The notes below the pieces were generated by a model. That model was not told where the DNA came from and ran no database searches. It saw only the letters and a program-made list of their open reading frames with translations. A stretch of DNA of 64,000 nucleotides, taken from an uncultured bacterium. GTDB taxonomy: Bacteria; Krumholzibacteriota; Krumholzibacteriia; LZORAL124-64-63. The stretch covers positions 128,001-192,000 of the forward strand of contig CAVSZB010000007.1 in assembly GCA_963732385.1 (NCBI GenBank), read 5' to 3'. Shown here piece by piece: positions 1 to 10,364 of this stretch (positions are counted from its first letter, which is position 1; every line of letters starts with the position of its first letter). A program made the position numbers and the translations under genes.

Positions 1-1161
1 TTCGGCTCCTTCCGCATCCACAATTCCGAAAGTCACAGCTACGGTCCGCTGAACTTCATGCAGGCGTTCGCGAAGTCGAGCAACATCTGGTTCGCCCGCG
101 CCGCGGGACGGCTGAGTCCCGAGGACATGTACCGCGGACTCAGGGACTTCGGCTTCGGCACCTGCACGCAGGCGCCCTACCAGGCGGAACCGGCCGGAAT
201 CCTGCGTCAGCCGGCGCGGTGGTCGGCGCGCAGCCTGTCGACGATCTCGATCGGGCAGGAGGTGGCGGTCACCTCGCTGCAGCTGGCGATGGCCGGCAGC
301 GCCATCGCCAACGGCGGCCGCCTGCTCGCTCCCCGCCTCGTGCGCGAAGTGCGCGACCACGACCACGCGACCCTGGAGCGGGGGGAGCCGGTGGTCGTGC
401 GCCGGGTGCTGACGCCAGAGCAGGCGCGTCTGGTGCGGCTGGCGATGCAGCGGGTGGTCGAGTGCGGCACCGGCAGGGCCGCTGCCGTGCCGTGGACGAA
501 GACCGGCGGCAAGACCGGCACCGCCCAGAAGGCCGAGCCGGGCCGCGGCTACCTGCCCGGCAAATATATGGCGAGCTTCCTCGGCATCGTGCCGGTCGAA
601 ACGCCGAAGCTGGTCGTGCTGGCGGTGTTGGACGAGCCGGACGCCGCGCATCATTACGCGTCGCAGAGTGCGGCGCCTTTGTTCGCGCGACTCGTGGAGG
701 GGATCCGTCGGTCGACAGACTGGCTGACGGGGGTTGAGGGGCCGGACCCGGCGCTGACGCTGGCTCCCCGACCCACCCCTTCCGCGAGCGTGCCCGATGT
801 GCTGTATCTCTCGCTGCCGGCCGCCGCGCTGGAGTTGCGCCGCGCCGGGTTCGTGCTGGGCGGCGGCGAGCGGGGTGGCTGGGTCGTGGAACAGGTGCCT
901 GACGGCGGCGCCCGCTGCGCGCCCGGGGACACGGTCTGGGTGACGGCCGCTGCGGAGCGCGCCGTGCCCACCGCGCCGGGCCAGGTCTGTCCCGACCTCG
1001 GCGGACTGTCGAACCGTCAGGTCGGACGTCTCGCGGCGCGGCTCGGGCTCCCGGTCGTGGTGCGCGGCGCGGGCTACGTTGTGGAGCAGGAGCCGGCCGC
1101 CGGCGTTTCGCTCGACGGGGTCGGCGCCGTGACGGTCGTGATGGAGTCGCGATGGCGATGA
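1..1161 (+). CDS. ftsI: Cell-division transpeptidase FtsI/PBP3 with C-terminal PASTA domains (5' partial)
   Basis: Frame is open from base 1. SxN (KSSN) and KTG (GGKTGTAQK) PBP motifs, two PASTA-like repeats (VPDVLYLS..., CPDLGGLS...), directly upstream of murE. Confidence 0.9.
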   Translation, partial: FGSFRIHNSESHSYGPLNFMQAFAKSSNIWFARAAGRLSPEDMYRGLRDFGFGTCTQAPYQAEPAGILRQPARWSARSLSTISIGQEVAVTSLQLAMAGSAIANGGRLLAPRLVREVRDHDHATLERGEPVVVRRVLTPEQARLVRLAMQRVVECGTGRAAAVPWTKTGGKTGTAQKAEPGRGYLPGKYMASFLGIVPVETPKLVVLAVLDEPDAAHHYASQSAAPLFARLVEGIRRSTDWLTGVEGPDPALTLAPRPTPSASVPDVLYLSLPAAALELRRAGFVLGGGERGGWVVEQVPDGGARCAPGDTVWVTAAAERAVPTAPGQVCPDLGGLSNRQVGRLAARLGLPVVVRGAGYVVEQEPAAGVSLDGVGAVTVVMESRWR

Positions 1162-2696
1162 CGCTGGCGCGCCTGTGTGCCTCCTGCCCCGGGCTGCAAC
1201 TGACCGGTGATGCGCAGACGGCGATTTCGACCGTGACCGTGGATTCGCGCCGGGCCGGCCCCGGCGCGCTGTTCGTGGCGGTGAGGGGAGCCAGCGCCGA
1301 CGGTCATGCCTTCGTGGCCGACGCCGTGGCTGGCGGCTGTGCCGCGGTGGCGGTCGACGCGGCGCGCCTGCCGGGCCTGGGGCTCGATACCGCGACGGGT
1401 CGGCCGGCCGCGATCGTGGTCGCGCCCGGCACCGCGCGGCTGCCGGCGCTGCTGGCGCGCGAACTGCACGGCCGCCCGGACGAGCAACTCGTCGTGGCCG
1501 GCATCACCGGCACGAATGGCAAGACCACCGTGTCCTTTTTGCTGCGCGCGCTGCTCGGCGCGCTGCGCGGCCCGTGCGGACTGCTCGGCACGGTTCGCTA
1601 CGAGACCGGTCGGACCACCCGCCCGGCGCCGCTCACCACCCCGGACGGTCCCACACTGTTCGCCCTGCTGGCCGAGATGACCGGCGCCGGCGCGCGCGCC
1701 GCGGCCATGGAACTCTCTTCGCACGCGCTTGACCAGGGACGCGCGGCCGGCCTGGCGCTCGATGTTGCGGTGCTGACGAACCTCGGTCGCGATCACCTGG
1801 ATTATCACGCCGATCTCGCCGCCTATCTGGCCGCCAAGACGCGCATCGTCGAGCTGCTGCGCGACGGCCCGCGGACGAAAGGCCCCGGAGCGCTCGTCTA
1901 CAACGCGGCCGAGTCGGCCTTCGCCGGTCTGATTGCGGTGGGCGCCGGACTGCGTGTCGTGCGCTTCGACGCCGGCGTTGGCGCAACGGACAAGACGGCG
2001 GAGGTGCGGGTCGTGCGGCGCGAACTTTCGGCCTCCGGCACGCGGCTCACCATCCACTGCCTCGGCGAGCGGCTCGAACTGGTCAGCCCGCTGGTCGGCC
2101 GCTTCAACGTGGAGAACCTGGCGGCGGCGCTGGCCGCCGGCGTGGCGCTCGGACTGCCGGCCGCTGCCTGCGCGGAGGCGCTGGCGGGCGCGGAGCAGGT
2201 GCCGGGGCGCCTGGAGCGGATCGCCCTGCCGGTGGGTGCGGTGGCGGTCGTGGATTACGCCCACACCCCCGACGCGCTGGCGGCAGCCGCCGCGGCCGGC
2301 CGCGAGCTGGCCGCGGGGCGACTGTTGCTGGTGTTCGGCTGCGGTGGCGATCGTGATCGGGGCAAGCGCCCGCTGATGGGCGCGGTGGCGGCGCGGGAGG
2401 CGGACGCCGTCTGGATCACCTCCGACAACCCGCGTGGCGAGGAGCCGTCCGTCATCTGCAGAGCCATCCGCGAGGGTTTCGACGGCGTGGCCGAGCCGCG
2501 CGCCGGAGCCTGTGCGGTCGTTATCGATCGCACCGCGGCGATCGACGCGGCGCTCGCCGCGGCGCGCGACGGTGACGTGGTCCTGGTGGCCGGGAAGGGC
2601 CACGAGGACTACCAACTGATCGGCGGACGGCGGCTGGACCTCGACGACCGGCGCCTGGTCCGCGACTGGATCGCGCGGGAGGGACGCGATGGATGA
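1152..2696 (+). CDS. murE: UDP-MurNAc-L-Ala-D-Glu:meso-DAP ligase
   Basis: GITGTNGKTT P-loop, MELSSHAL, TNLGRDHLDYH, VDYAHTPD, FGCGGDRD, and DNPR (meso-DAP specificity motif). Alternative ATG at 1158. Confidence 0.96.
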   Translation: MAMTLARLCASCPGLQLTGDAQTAISTVTVDSRRAGPGALFVAVRGASADGHAFVADAVAGGCAAVAVDAARLPGLGLDTATGRPAAIVVAPGTARLPALLARELHGRPDEQLVVAGITGTNGKTTVSFLLRALLGALRGPCGLLGTVRYETGRTTRPAPLTTPDGPTLFALLAEMTGAGARAAAMELSSHALDQGRAAGLALDVAVLTNLGRDHLDYHADLAAYLAAKTRIVELLRDGPRTKGPGALVYNAAESAFAGLIAVGAGLRVVRFDAGVGATDKTAEVRVVRRELSASGTRLTIHCLGERLELVSPLVGRFNVENLAAALAAGVALGLPAAACAEALAGAEQVPGRLERIALPVGAVAVVDYAHTPDALAAAAAAGRELAAGRLLLVFGCGGDRDRGKRPLMGAVAAREADAVWITSDNPRGEEPSVICRAIREGFDGVAEPRAGACAVVIDRTAAIDAALAAARDGDVVLVAGKGHEDYQLIGGRRLDLDDRRLVRDWIAREGRDG

Positions 2697-4173
2697 GCGG
2701 GGATACCTGGTGGCCGAGGCGGCCGCCGACCTCGCCGGGGCACGGCTGCTCGCCGGGGCGCTGATCGCCGCCGGGGGCCACTGGCGGCCGTGGTCGGCCG
2801 CCGGCGGGCAGCCGTTGCCGGGCGCCTTCCACGGCGCTTCGCTCGACTCCCGGCGGATCCGTCCGCATGAGCTGTTCGTCGCCCTGCCGGGAGAGCGGGT
2901 AGACGGGCGGCGTTTCGCGGCCGCGGCGCTGGCCGCGGGCGCTGCCTGCGTGCTGGCCGGGGCGACGGGGGCCGCGGCCGGTGGCACGGACGCGGATCCG
3001 CTGACGGCGGCGGCGCCGCCTCGCGATGGCGCGGTCATCCTGCTCGCCACCGACGCGCGCGCGGCTCTGACCACGCTCGCGGCCTGCTGGCGGGCCGCGC
3101 TGCCGGTCGCGGTGGCGGCCATCACCGGCACCAACGGCAAGACGACGACGAAGGACCTGCTGGCCGCCATCCTGGCCGCCGCGGGTCCGACGCACGCCAC
3201 GGCCGGCAATCTGAACAACACGCTCGGCCTGCCGCTGACCCTGCTCGGGCTGACCAGCGCTCACCGTTTCGCGGTGCTCGAGTTGGGCGCCTCGGCTGAG
3301 GGGGACATCGCGCGGCTGGCGCCGACCGCCGCGCCGCGGATCGGCGTGATCACCAATGCCTCGCCGGCCCATCTCGCGGAGTTCGGCTCGCTCGCGGGGA
3401 TCGTGCGGGGCAAGGGCGAACTGCTCGACGCGCTGCCTGCCGACGGCACCGCGGTGCTCAACGCCGACAGCCAGGGGTTCGACGCCTGGGCGGCGCGGGC
3501 GCGCTGCCGCCTCGTGACGCATGGCGAAACCGGCGGCGATCTGCGCTGGCGCTGGCGTCCGGCGCCGGAGCCGGGCCGTGGGTTGCTGGAACTGGAGGGC
3601 CGGGTCTGGGAGGTCCCGCTGCCGGGGCGCCACAATGGTGCGAACCTCGCCGCGGCTTTGCTCGCCGCGCGCGCCCTTGGCGTGGACGATCGCACGGCCG
3701 CTGCCGGGCTGGCCCGCTTCGCGCCGTCGCCGCACCGCGGTCACCTGGAACGGATCGGCGGAGCGCTCGTGCTCGACGACTGCTACAACGCGAATCCGGC
3801 CAGCGTGCTGAGCGCGGCGACCGCGCTGGTATCGCTGCCCGGAGACGGTCGCGCGCTGGCAGTGCTTGGCGTGATGGCCGAGCTGGGTGACGATAGCGCG
3901 ACGCTGCACCGGCAGACCGGTGAGCGTCTGGCGGCGGCGGGACTGCACGGACTGCTCGCCGTCGGCGCGGGGGCCGAAGAGCTGGCGGCGGGGTTTGCGG
4001 CGGCAGCCCCCGGTCAGGGGTTCTGGGTGGCCGCGAAGCCGGAAGCCACGCAGTGGCTGGTGGAGCAGGCGCGGCCGGGCGATCGCGTGCTGGTGAAGGG
4101 CTCGCGTTCGGCCGGCATGGAGGATGTTCTGGCGGCGTGGCGCCGATCAGCCACGGGCCCAACGGGCGTCTGA
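2689..4173 (+). CDS. murF: UDP-MurNAc-tripeptide:D-Ala-D-Ala ligase
   Basis: ITGTNGKTTTK, GNLNNTLGLPLT, DDCYNANP, LVKGSR motifs; dcw position. Confidence 0.95.
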   Translation: MDERGYLVAEAAADLAGARLLAGALIAAGGHWRPWSAAGGQPLPGAFHGASLDSRRIRPHELFVALPGERVDGRRFAAAALAAGAACVLAGATGAAAGGTDADPLTAAAPPRDGAVILLATDARAALTTLAACWRAALPVAVAAITGTNGKTTTKDLLAAILAAAGPTHATAGNLNNTLGLPLTLLGLTSAHRFAVLELGASAEGDIARLAPTAAPRIGVITNASPAHLAEFGSLAGIVRGKGELLDALPADGTAVLNADSQGFDAWAARARCRLVTHGETGGDLRWRWRPAPEPGRGLLELEGRVWEVPLPGRHNGANLAAALLAARALGVDDRTAAAGLARFAPSPHRGHLERIGGALVLDDCYNANPASVLSAATALVSLPGDGRALAVLGVMAELGDDSATLHRQTGERLAAAGLHGLLAVGAGAEELAAGFAAAAPGQGFWVAAKPEATQWLVEQARPGDRVLVKGSRSAGMEDVLAAWRRSATGPTGV

Positions 4174-4188
4174 CGGGGGAGTGGCAGC

Positions 4189-5277
4189 ATGTTCTACCAT
4201 CTGCTCTATCCGCTGCACACCGAATGGTCGGCGCTGCGGGTATTCCAGTACATCACGTTCCGCGGCGCCTACGCCACGATCACCGCCCTGCTCATCAGCT
4301 TTATCTTCGGAGGCTGGGTGATTCGCCGGCTGCACACGCTGCAACTCGGCGAGCGCATCCGGGCGGACGGTCCGCCGACGCACCAGGCCAAGGCCGGCAC
4401 CCCCACGATGGGCGGCGTGCTGATCCTGACCGCCATCGTCGTACCGACGCTGCTGTGGGCCGACCTGACCAATCGTTACGTGCTGCTGGCCCTGCTGGCC
4501 ACGGTCTGGATGGGTCTGCTCGGTTTCATCGACGACTATCTGAAGGTCGTCAAGAAGCGCCCGAAGGGGATGATCGGCCGGGTGAAGCTGGCCGGCCAGG
4601 TCGGTTACGGCATCATCCTGAGTATCCTGCTTCTGGCGGGCAACGGAGGCGCCCCGCTGGTCACCAGCACGACGGTGCCGTTCCTCAAGAACGCGCTGCC
4701 CGATCTCGGGCTGTTCTACATCCCGCTGATCATTCTCGTGGTCGCCGGCACGAGCAATGCGGTCAACCTGACCGACGGTCTCGACGGTCTGGCGATCGGT
4801 CTGTGTGCCCTGGCCTTCGGCGCCTTCGCCGGCCTGTCCTACGTCAGCGGCAACCGCATATTTGCCGCATACCTCAACATCCCTTACCTGCCGGGGGCCG
4901 GCGAGCTGACCATCTACTGTCTGGCCGTCGTCGGAGCGGCGCTCGGCTTCCTCTGGTTCAACGCCCACCCGGCGCGGGTGTTCATGGGTGACACGGGGAG
5001 CCTCGCGCTGGGCGGCGCGCTCGGCACCGTGGCGATCCTGATCAAACGCGAACTGCTGCTGCCGCTGATCGGTGGCATCTTCGTACTCGAAGCGCTTTCG
5101 GTGATGGCGCAGGTGGCGTCGTTCCGCTGGCGCGGCGGACGAAGGATATTTCGCATGGCGCCCATCCACCACCACTTCGAACTGCTCGGCTGGTCGGAGA
5201 CGCAGGTCGTGGTGCGCTTCTGGATCGTGGGCATTCTGCTGCTGTTGCTTAGCTTCAGCACGATCAAGCTGCAGTAG
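4189..5277 (+). CDS. mraY: Phospho-N-acetylmuramoyl-pentapeptide transferase
   Basis: KAGTPTMGG, GFIDDYLK, NAVNLTDGLDGLA, FMGDTGSL, MAPIHHHFE motifs; multi-TM. Confidence 0.98.
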   Translation: MFYHLLYPLHTEWSALRVFQYITFRGAYATITALLISFIFGGWVIRRLHTLQLGERIRADGPPTHQAKAGTPTMGGVLILTAIVVPTLLWADLTNRYVLLALLATVWMGLLGFIDDYLKVVKKRPKGMIGRVKLAGQVGYGIILSILLLAGNGGAPLVTSTTVPFLKNALPDLGLFYIPLIILVVAGTSNAVNLTDGLDGLAIGLCALAFGAFAGLSYVSGNRIFAAYLNIPYLPGAGELTIYCLAVVGAALGFLWFNAHPARVFMGDTGSLALGGALGTVAILIKRELLLPLIGGIFVLEALSVMAQVASFRWRGGRRIFRMAPIHHHFELLGWSETQVVVRFWIVGILLLLLSFSTIKLQ

Positions 5278-5285
5278 GGGGTGTG

Positions 5286-6671
5286 ATGGCGCGGCCGGAT
5301 GTGCGGGGCGGAATCTACCTGGTGCTCGGACTGGCGCGTAGCGGTTGTGCGGCCGGGGCGCTGCTGCGTCGGCACGGCGCGGTGGTCATCGGCTACGATG
5401 ATGCGCCCGAGCGAGAGCTGCGCGCGGGCTGGGTCGCGCGGGATCTCGCCACGCTGGCCGAGGCGGCCTTCGATGAGGTGCGGGCCGGCGGCGCCTGGGG
5501 CGATCTCGACACGCGACGTCTCGCCGGTGTCGTGCTCAGTCCCGGGTTTCCGCCCGACCACCCGCGGCTGGCCGGCCTGCGGGAACGCGTCGAGGTCCGG
5601 GGCGAACTGGAGTGGGCCGCGCGATTCTGCGGGGCGCGCCTGATCGGAATCACCGGCACGAACGGCAAGACGACCACGACCGAGTTGACCGCCCACCTGG
5701 CCCGCGCCGCCGGCTGGCGCGCGGAGGCGCTCGGCAACGTCGGTCGGCCGTTCAGCCTCGTCGCCGACTCGCTCGGCGTGGATGACGTGGCGGTGTTGGA
5801 GCTGAGCAGCTTCCAGCTCGAGACGATCGAGACCTTCCGGCCGGCGGTGGCGGTGGTGCTCAACCTCGAGCCGGACCATCTGGACCGCTATCCGGACGTG
5901 ACGACCTACTACCGGACGAAACGGCGTCTGGTGGAGGCGCTGCCCCCCGACGGCTGGTTCGTCACCTGGACCGGCTGTCGCGAGGCGCTTGGCTGGCGCC
6001 CGGATGGCCCGTCGCTGCGGTTCGGCGCGCGGATGGACGGGGCGCAGGTCTGGGCCGACGCGGCGGAACTCGGCCTGGACTGGAACGGAGCCGTGCATCG
6101 ACTATGCGAACCGTCCGCGCTGCGGCTGCGCGGGGCGCCCAACCTGCTCAACGCCTGCGCCGCGGTGGCCGCCCTGCTGCCGCTTGGCGCCGATCCGGCG
6201 GCGCTGGCGGCCGGGCTGCCCGGATTTTCCGGCCTGCCGCATCGGCAGCGGACCGTGGCCAGGCTCGGCGATGTGGATTTCGTGGACGATTCCAAGGCGA
6301 CCAACGTCGCCGCCGTGACCGCCGGTCTGGCGGGATACGGCTCAGCGGTCGTGCTCATCGTGGGGGGACGCGGCAAGGGCGAAGACTACGCGCCGCTGAG
6401 GGCCGCCCTCGGGCCGGTCCGGGCCGTGGTGTCCATCGGCGAAGAGGGCCCGGCGATCGCGGCCACGCTGGCCGGCCTGGTGCCGGTCCTGCCGGCCGCC
6501 ACCCTCGATGAGGCGGTGGCAACCGCCGCCCGCCTGGCCGCGCCGCGGGGAACCGTGCTGCTGAGTCCCGCCTGCGCGAGCTACGACATGTTCCGGGACT
6601 ATGTCGATCGCGGCGAACGTTTCACCGCGGCCGCCCACGCGTTGGGCGCCGTTGCCGGGGAGGAAACATGA
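5286..6671 (+). CDS. murD: UDP-MurNAc-L-Ala:D-Glu ligase
   Basis: LGLARSG, ITGTNGKTTT, ELSSFQLE, DHLDRY, DDSKATN, LLSPACASYDMF. A GTG start at 5283 is also possible. Confidence 0.96.
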   Translation: MARPDVRGGIYLVLGLARSGCAAGALLRRHGAVVIGYDDAPERELRAGWVARDLATLAEAAFDEVRAGGAWGDLDTRRLAGVVLSPGFPPDHPRLAGLRERVEVRGELEWAARFCGARLIGITGTNGKTTTTELTAHLARAAGWRAEALGNVGRPFSLVADSLGVDDVAVLELSSFQLETIETFRPAVAVVLNLEPDHLDRYPDVTTYYRTKRRLVEALPPDGWFVTWTGCREALGWRPDGPSLRFGARMDGAQVWADAAELGLDWNGAVHRLCEPSALRLRGAPNLLNACAAVAALLPLGADPAALAAGLPGFSGLPHRQRTVARLGDVDFVDDSKATNVAAVTAGLAGYGSAVVLIVGGRGKGEDYAPLRAALGPVRAVVSIGEEGPAIAATLAGLVPVLPAATLDEAVATAARLAAPRGTVLLSPACASYDMFRDYVDRGERFTAAAHALGAVAGEET

Positions 6672-7861
6672 CGAGGATCCTGCGCCGCTGGTCCGGTCGG
6701 CTGGAGGAGTACGACGGCTGGCTGCTCTGGGCCGTGTTCGTGCTTTGTCTGCTCGGCACGGTGATGGTCTACGAGGCGGGCAGCTTCCGGCCCGAAGCGC
6801 GGGGGCACGCCGACTACCTGTTGCGTCACCTCACGCGGCTGGCCCTCGGTCTGGCCGCGCTGTTCGTGCTGGCCGGCCGCGATGACCGCGACCTGCGCCG
6901 ACCGCTCGTGAACTGGGGACTGCTCGGCGGGGCGCTGGCGCTGATGGCCTTCACGGTCGTGATGGGGCTCGGTTCCTCGCGCGCCGGCTGCGCCCGCTGG
7001 CTGTCTTTCCTGCCGGTGCAGCCGATCGAACTGGCCAAGGTGGCCCTGGCGATCTTCCTGGCCGAGCGCCTGGCCGACCCCTCCCGCCGCTGGGCCTTTG
7101 ACCGCGAACTGGCCCGACTGTTGGCGGCGCCGGCGGCCCTGGTCGTGATTCTGGCCCTGCAGCCGAACTTCGGCAATGCCCTGGTGATCTGCCTGTTCAC
7201 GCTCGTCATGCTGTACGCGGGCGGCATGCCGCTGCGGATGTTCGGGCTGATGCTCGGCCCGCTCGGCGGGTTGGCCCTGCTCGGGGTGCTGTTCGTGCCG
7301 AAGATCACCTTCCGCGTCAGTTCGTGGTGGGCCGGGCTGACCGGCGACGGGGCCGGCTACCAGGTTCACCAGTCGCTGATCGGACTGGGCGCCGGTGGCT
7401 GGCACGGCTTCGGTTTCGGCGGCAGCCATCAGCGTTTCTGGTTCCTGCCCGAGTCGCACACCGACTTCATCTTCTCCGTGGTGGGGGAGGAACTGGGGCT
7501 CATCGGGGCGGCCCTGACGTTGGCGCTGCTCGTGATCGTGGCTCTGCGCGGGTACGGCATCGCGAGGCGGGCCCCTGACCGCTTCGGGCGGTTCACCGCG
7601 GCCGGCCTGACCACGCTGTTGTTCCTGTACGCCTTCCTGAACATGGCCATGGTGACCGGCGTGGTGCCGGTGATGGGGTTGCCGCTGCCGTTCGTAAGCT
7701 ATGGCGGTTCCGCCCTGGTGACGAACCTGGCCGCGGTGGGCCTTTTGCTGGCCATCGACCGCCGCGCGCGCGCCGCACGGGCGGCGGCGCCGCGGCAGGC
7801 GCGCCTGTGGGAGACAGCCGGGGAGGGGAGCGCGCGTGTCTGGTCGCGGGCACAGAGCTGA
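6668..7861 (+). CDS. ftsW: SEDS peptidoglycan glycosyltransferase FtsW
   Basis: QPIELAK, QPNFG, GYQVHQS, LPESHTDFIF, GEELG, LPFVSYGGS motifs; multi-TM. Confidence 0.95.
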   Translation: MTRILRRWSGRLEEYDGWLLWAVFVLCLLGTVMVYEAGSFRPEARGHADYLLRHLTRLALGLAALFVLAGRDDRDLRRPLVNWGLLGGALALMAFTVVMGLGSSRAGCARWLSFLPVQPIELAKVALAIFLAERLADPSRRWAFDRELARLLAAPAALVVILALQPNFGNALVICLFTLVMLYAGGMPLRMFGLMLGPLGGLALLGVLFVPKITFRVSSWWAGLTGDGAGYQVHQSLIGLGAGGWHGFGFGGSHQRFWFLPESHTDFIFSVVGEELGLIGAALTLALLVIVALRGYGIARRAPDRFGRFTAAGLTTLLFLYAFLNMAMVTGVVPVMGLPLPFVSYGGSALVTNLAAVGLLLAIDRRARAARAAAPRQARLWETAGEGSARVWSRAQS

Positions 7862-8969
7862 CGGCGGCCGTCCGGTCCGCCTCCTGATCGCGGGGGGCGG
7901 CACGGGCGGACACGTCTATCCGGGCCTGGCAGTGGCGGAGGCGGTGCGCCTGCTCTGCCCCGCGGCGGAAGTGCGCTTCTGCGGGACCCGCCAGGGGCTC
8001 GAGGCCACGGTCGTGCCGGCGGCCGGCTGGCGTCTGCACACGGTTCCCGCCTCCGGGATGCGCGGGCTCGGCCCGGTCGCGCGCGGGCGGTTCCTGGTGA
8101 ACCTCGTGGCCGGCGATCTGGCGGCGCTGGCGCTGCTGCTGCGGTGGCGTCCCGACGCTGTGCTCGGCACCGGCGGCTACGCAAGCGCGCCGGCGCTGTT
8201 GGCGGCGCGCTCGCTCGGAGTGCCGGTGGCGCTGCAGGAGCAGAACGCCGTGCCCGGCTCCGCGAACCGACTGCTCGCGCGCTTTGCGAACCGGATCTAT
8301 CTCGGCACCGCGGCGGCGGCCGAACGGTTCCCGGGGCGCGACTGCCTCGTCACGGGCAATCCGGTGCGCGCCGCCTTCAGCGCGGCGGCGGTCGGGCCGG
8401 CCGGGGCGCCCGACGTCCTGAACGTGCTGATGTTCGGTGGCAGTCGCGGCGCGCGCACGCTCAACCGCGCCGCGCGCGAACTGGCGGTGCTCTGGCGCGG
8501 GCGTGAGGACATCGCGCTCCTGGTGCAGACCGGCCCCGCCGGGCGCGACGAGGTCGCGGCTGCCTTCGCCGGCTGGGCGCCGGAGCGGGCGCGGGTCGTG
8601 GCCTACATCGATGACATGGCGTCCGCGCTGGCCGGGGCCGATCTGGCGGTCTGCCGCGCCGGGGCCATGACGCTGGCCGAGCTGGCGGTGGCCGGGAGGC
8701 CGGCCGTGCTGGTACCGTTTCCGCATGCCACGGACGATCATCAGTGGCACAATGCGCAGGATGTGGCGGTCGGCGGGGCCGCCGTGGTCGTGCGCGACGA
8801 GACCTGCGACGGAGCGACGCTCGCCGCGATCATGAGCGAACTGGGCCGCGATCGGTCACGGCTGGCGGCCATGGCGCGCGCGAGCGCGGAGCGGGCACGG
8901 CCCGACGCCGCGCGGCGCATCGCGAGCGACCTGTTGCGGCTGGCCGGATGCGCCATGCCCGGCGCGTAG
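7836..8969 (+). CDS. murG: Lipid II GlcNAc transferase MurG
   Basis: GGGTGGHVYP, GTGGYAS, EQNAVPG, GGSRGA, RAGAMT, DDHQWHNA. Confidence 0.97.
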   Translation: MSGRGHRADGGRPVRLLIAGGGTGGHVYPGLAVAEAVRLLCPAAEVRFCGTRQGLEATVVPAAGWRLHTVPASGMRGLGPVARGRFLVNLVAGDLAALALLLRWRPDAVLGTGGYASAPALLAARSLGVPVALQEQNAVPGSANRLLARFANRIYLGTAAAAERFPGRDCLVTGNPVRAAFSAAAVGPAGAPDVLNVLMFGGSRGARTLNRAARELAVLWRGREDIALLVQTGPAGRDEVAAAFAGWAPERARVVAYIDDMASALAGADLAVCRAGAMTLAELAVAGRPAVLVPFPHATDDHQWHNAQDVAVGGAAVVVRDETCDGATLAAIMSELGRDRSRLAAMARASAERARPDAARRIASDLLRLAGCAMPGA

Positions 8970-8981
8970 GAGGAGGACAGC

Positions 8982-10364
8982 GTGTTCCGGAACACCCGGC
9001 ACATCCACATGGTCGCGATCGGCGGGGTGGGGATGAGCGGCATCGCCGAGATCCTGCTCAACCTCGGTTTTCGCGTCAGCGGCAGCGACCTGCGCCTGTC
9101 GCCCGCGACGGAACGGCTGGCGCGGCTCGGGGCGACGATCCACATCGGTCATCGGCCGGAGCAGATCATCGGCGCCGACGTCGTCGTCTACTCGTCCGCC
9201 GTCACGGCTGCCAATCCGGAAATCGTCGAGGCCCGTCGCAGGCGCGTCCCGGTCGTGCGGCGCGCCGACATGCTGGCCGAGTTGATGCGCCTGAAGTACG
9301 GGATCGCGATCGCCGGCTCCCACGGCAAGACCACCACCACTTCCCTGGTGGCTGCCGTGCTTGCCGAGGGGTCGCTCGATCCGACCGTGCTGGTGGGCGG
9401 CCGGGCGCTGGCCACGGGTCGCAACGCCGTGCTGGGCAGCGGCGAGTATCTCGTCGCCGAGGCTGATGAGAGCGACGGCACGTTCCTCCGTCTGACGCCG
9501 ACCATTGCCGTCGTGACCAACATCGATCTCGAGCACGTCGATCACTACCCCGATCTCCCCGCGCTGCGCGCGGCGTTCGCGGAGTTCCTGGCCCGGGTGC
9601 CGTTCTACGGTACCTGCGTGCTCTGTCTGGACGACCCGGAGGTGCGCGGCCTGGTGGCGCGTCTCGATCGCAAGGTGATCACCTACGGGCTGTCCGCCGA
9701 GGCGCAGGTGCGGGCCGTTCCGGCCGCGTCCACTCCCGACGGTCCCGCGGTCGCTACGGTCTTCGCCCACGGCTGCGAACTGGGGCCGATCGAGTTGCGA
9801 CTGCGCGGGCGGCACAACCTGGTCAACGCGCTGGCGGCGGTGGCGGTCGGGATGGAACTGGGCGTCTCCTTCGGGCAGATCGCCGCCGGACTGGCCCGGT
9901 TCGCCGGCGTGGACCGGCGCTTCGAGGAGCGCGGGGAGCACGGCGGTGTGCGCGTGGTAGACGATTACGGTCACCACCCCACCGAGATCGGCGCCACGCT
10001 GCAGGTGGCGTGCGATACCGGTCGGCGGGTGGCCGTGCTGTTCCAGCCGCATCGCTACACGCGCACGGCGCGTTTCCGGCACGAATTCGCCGATGCTCTC
10101 GCCGTGGCCGACACGGTCGCTCTGCTGCCGGTCTACGCCGCCAGCGAGGAGCCGCAGCCTGGCGTGGACAGCGGGCTGATCGTGAGCGGGCTGCGGGACA
10201 AGGGCCTGACCGACGCTGTGCAGGTGGAGGATCTGGACGAAGTGCGGTCGTGGCTTGACGCCGCGGTACGGCCCGGCGATTTGCTGCTGACGCTCGGCGC
10301 GGGCGATATCGGACGCCTGGTCGACCCGATCTGCGGCCATCTGGATACGAGGAGACTGCCATGA
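8982..10364 (+). CDS. murC: UDP-MurNAc:L-Ala ligase
   Basis: IGGVGMSGIA, GSHGKTTT, EADESDG, DDYGHHPTEI, FQPHRYTRT, GAGDI; AGGAGG RBS before the GTG start. Confidence 0.97.
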   Translation: MFRNTRHIHMVAIGGVGMSGIAEILLNLGFRVSGSDLRLSPATERLARLGATIHIGHRPEQIIGADVVVYSSAVTAANPEIVEARRRRVPVVRRADMLAELMRLKYGIAIAGSHGKTTTTSLVAAVLAEGSLDPTVLVGGRALATGRNAVLGSGEYLVAEADESDGTFLRLTPTIAVVTNIDLEHVDHYPDLPALRAAFAEFLARVPFYGTCVLCLDDPEVRGLVARLDRKVITYGLSAEAQVRAVPAASTPDGPAVATVFAHGCELGPIELRLRGRHNLVNALAAVAVGMELGVSFGQIAAGLARFAGVDRRFEERGEHGGVRVVDDYGHHPTEIGATLQVACDTGRRVAVLFQPHRYTRTARFRHEFADALAVADTVALLPVYAASEEPQPGVDSGLIVSGLRDKGLTDAVQVEDLDEVRSWLDAAVRPGDLLLTLGAGDIGRLVDPICGHLDTRRLP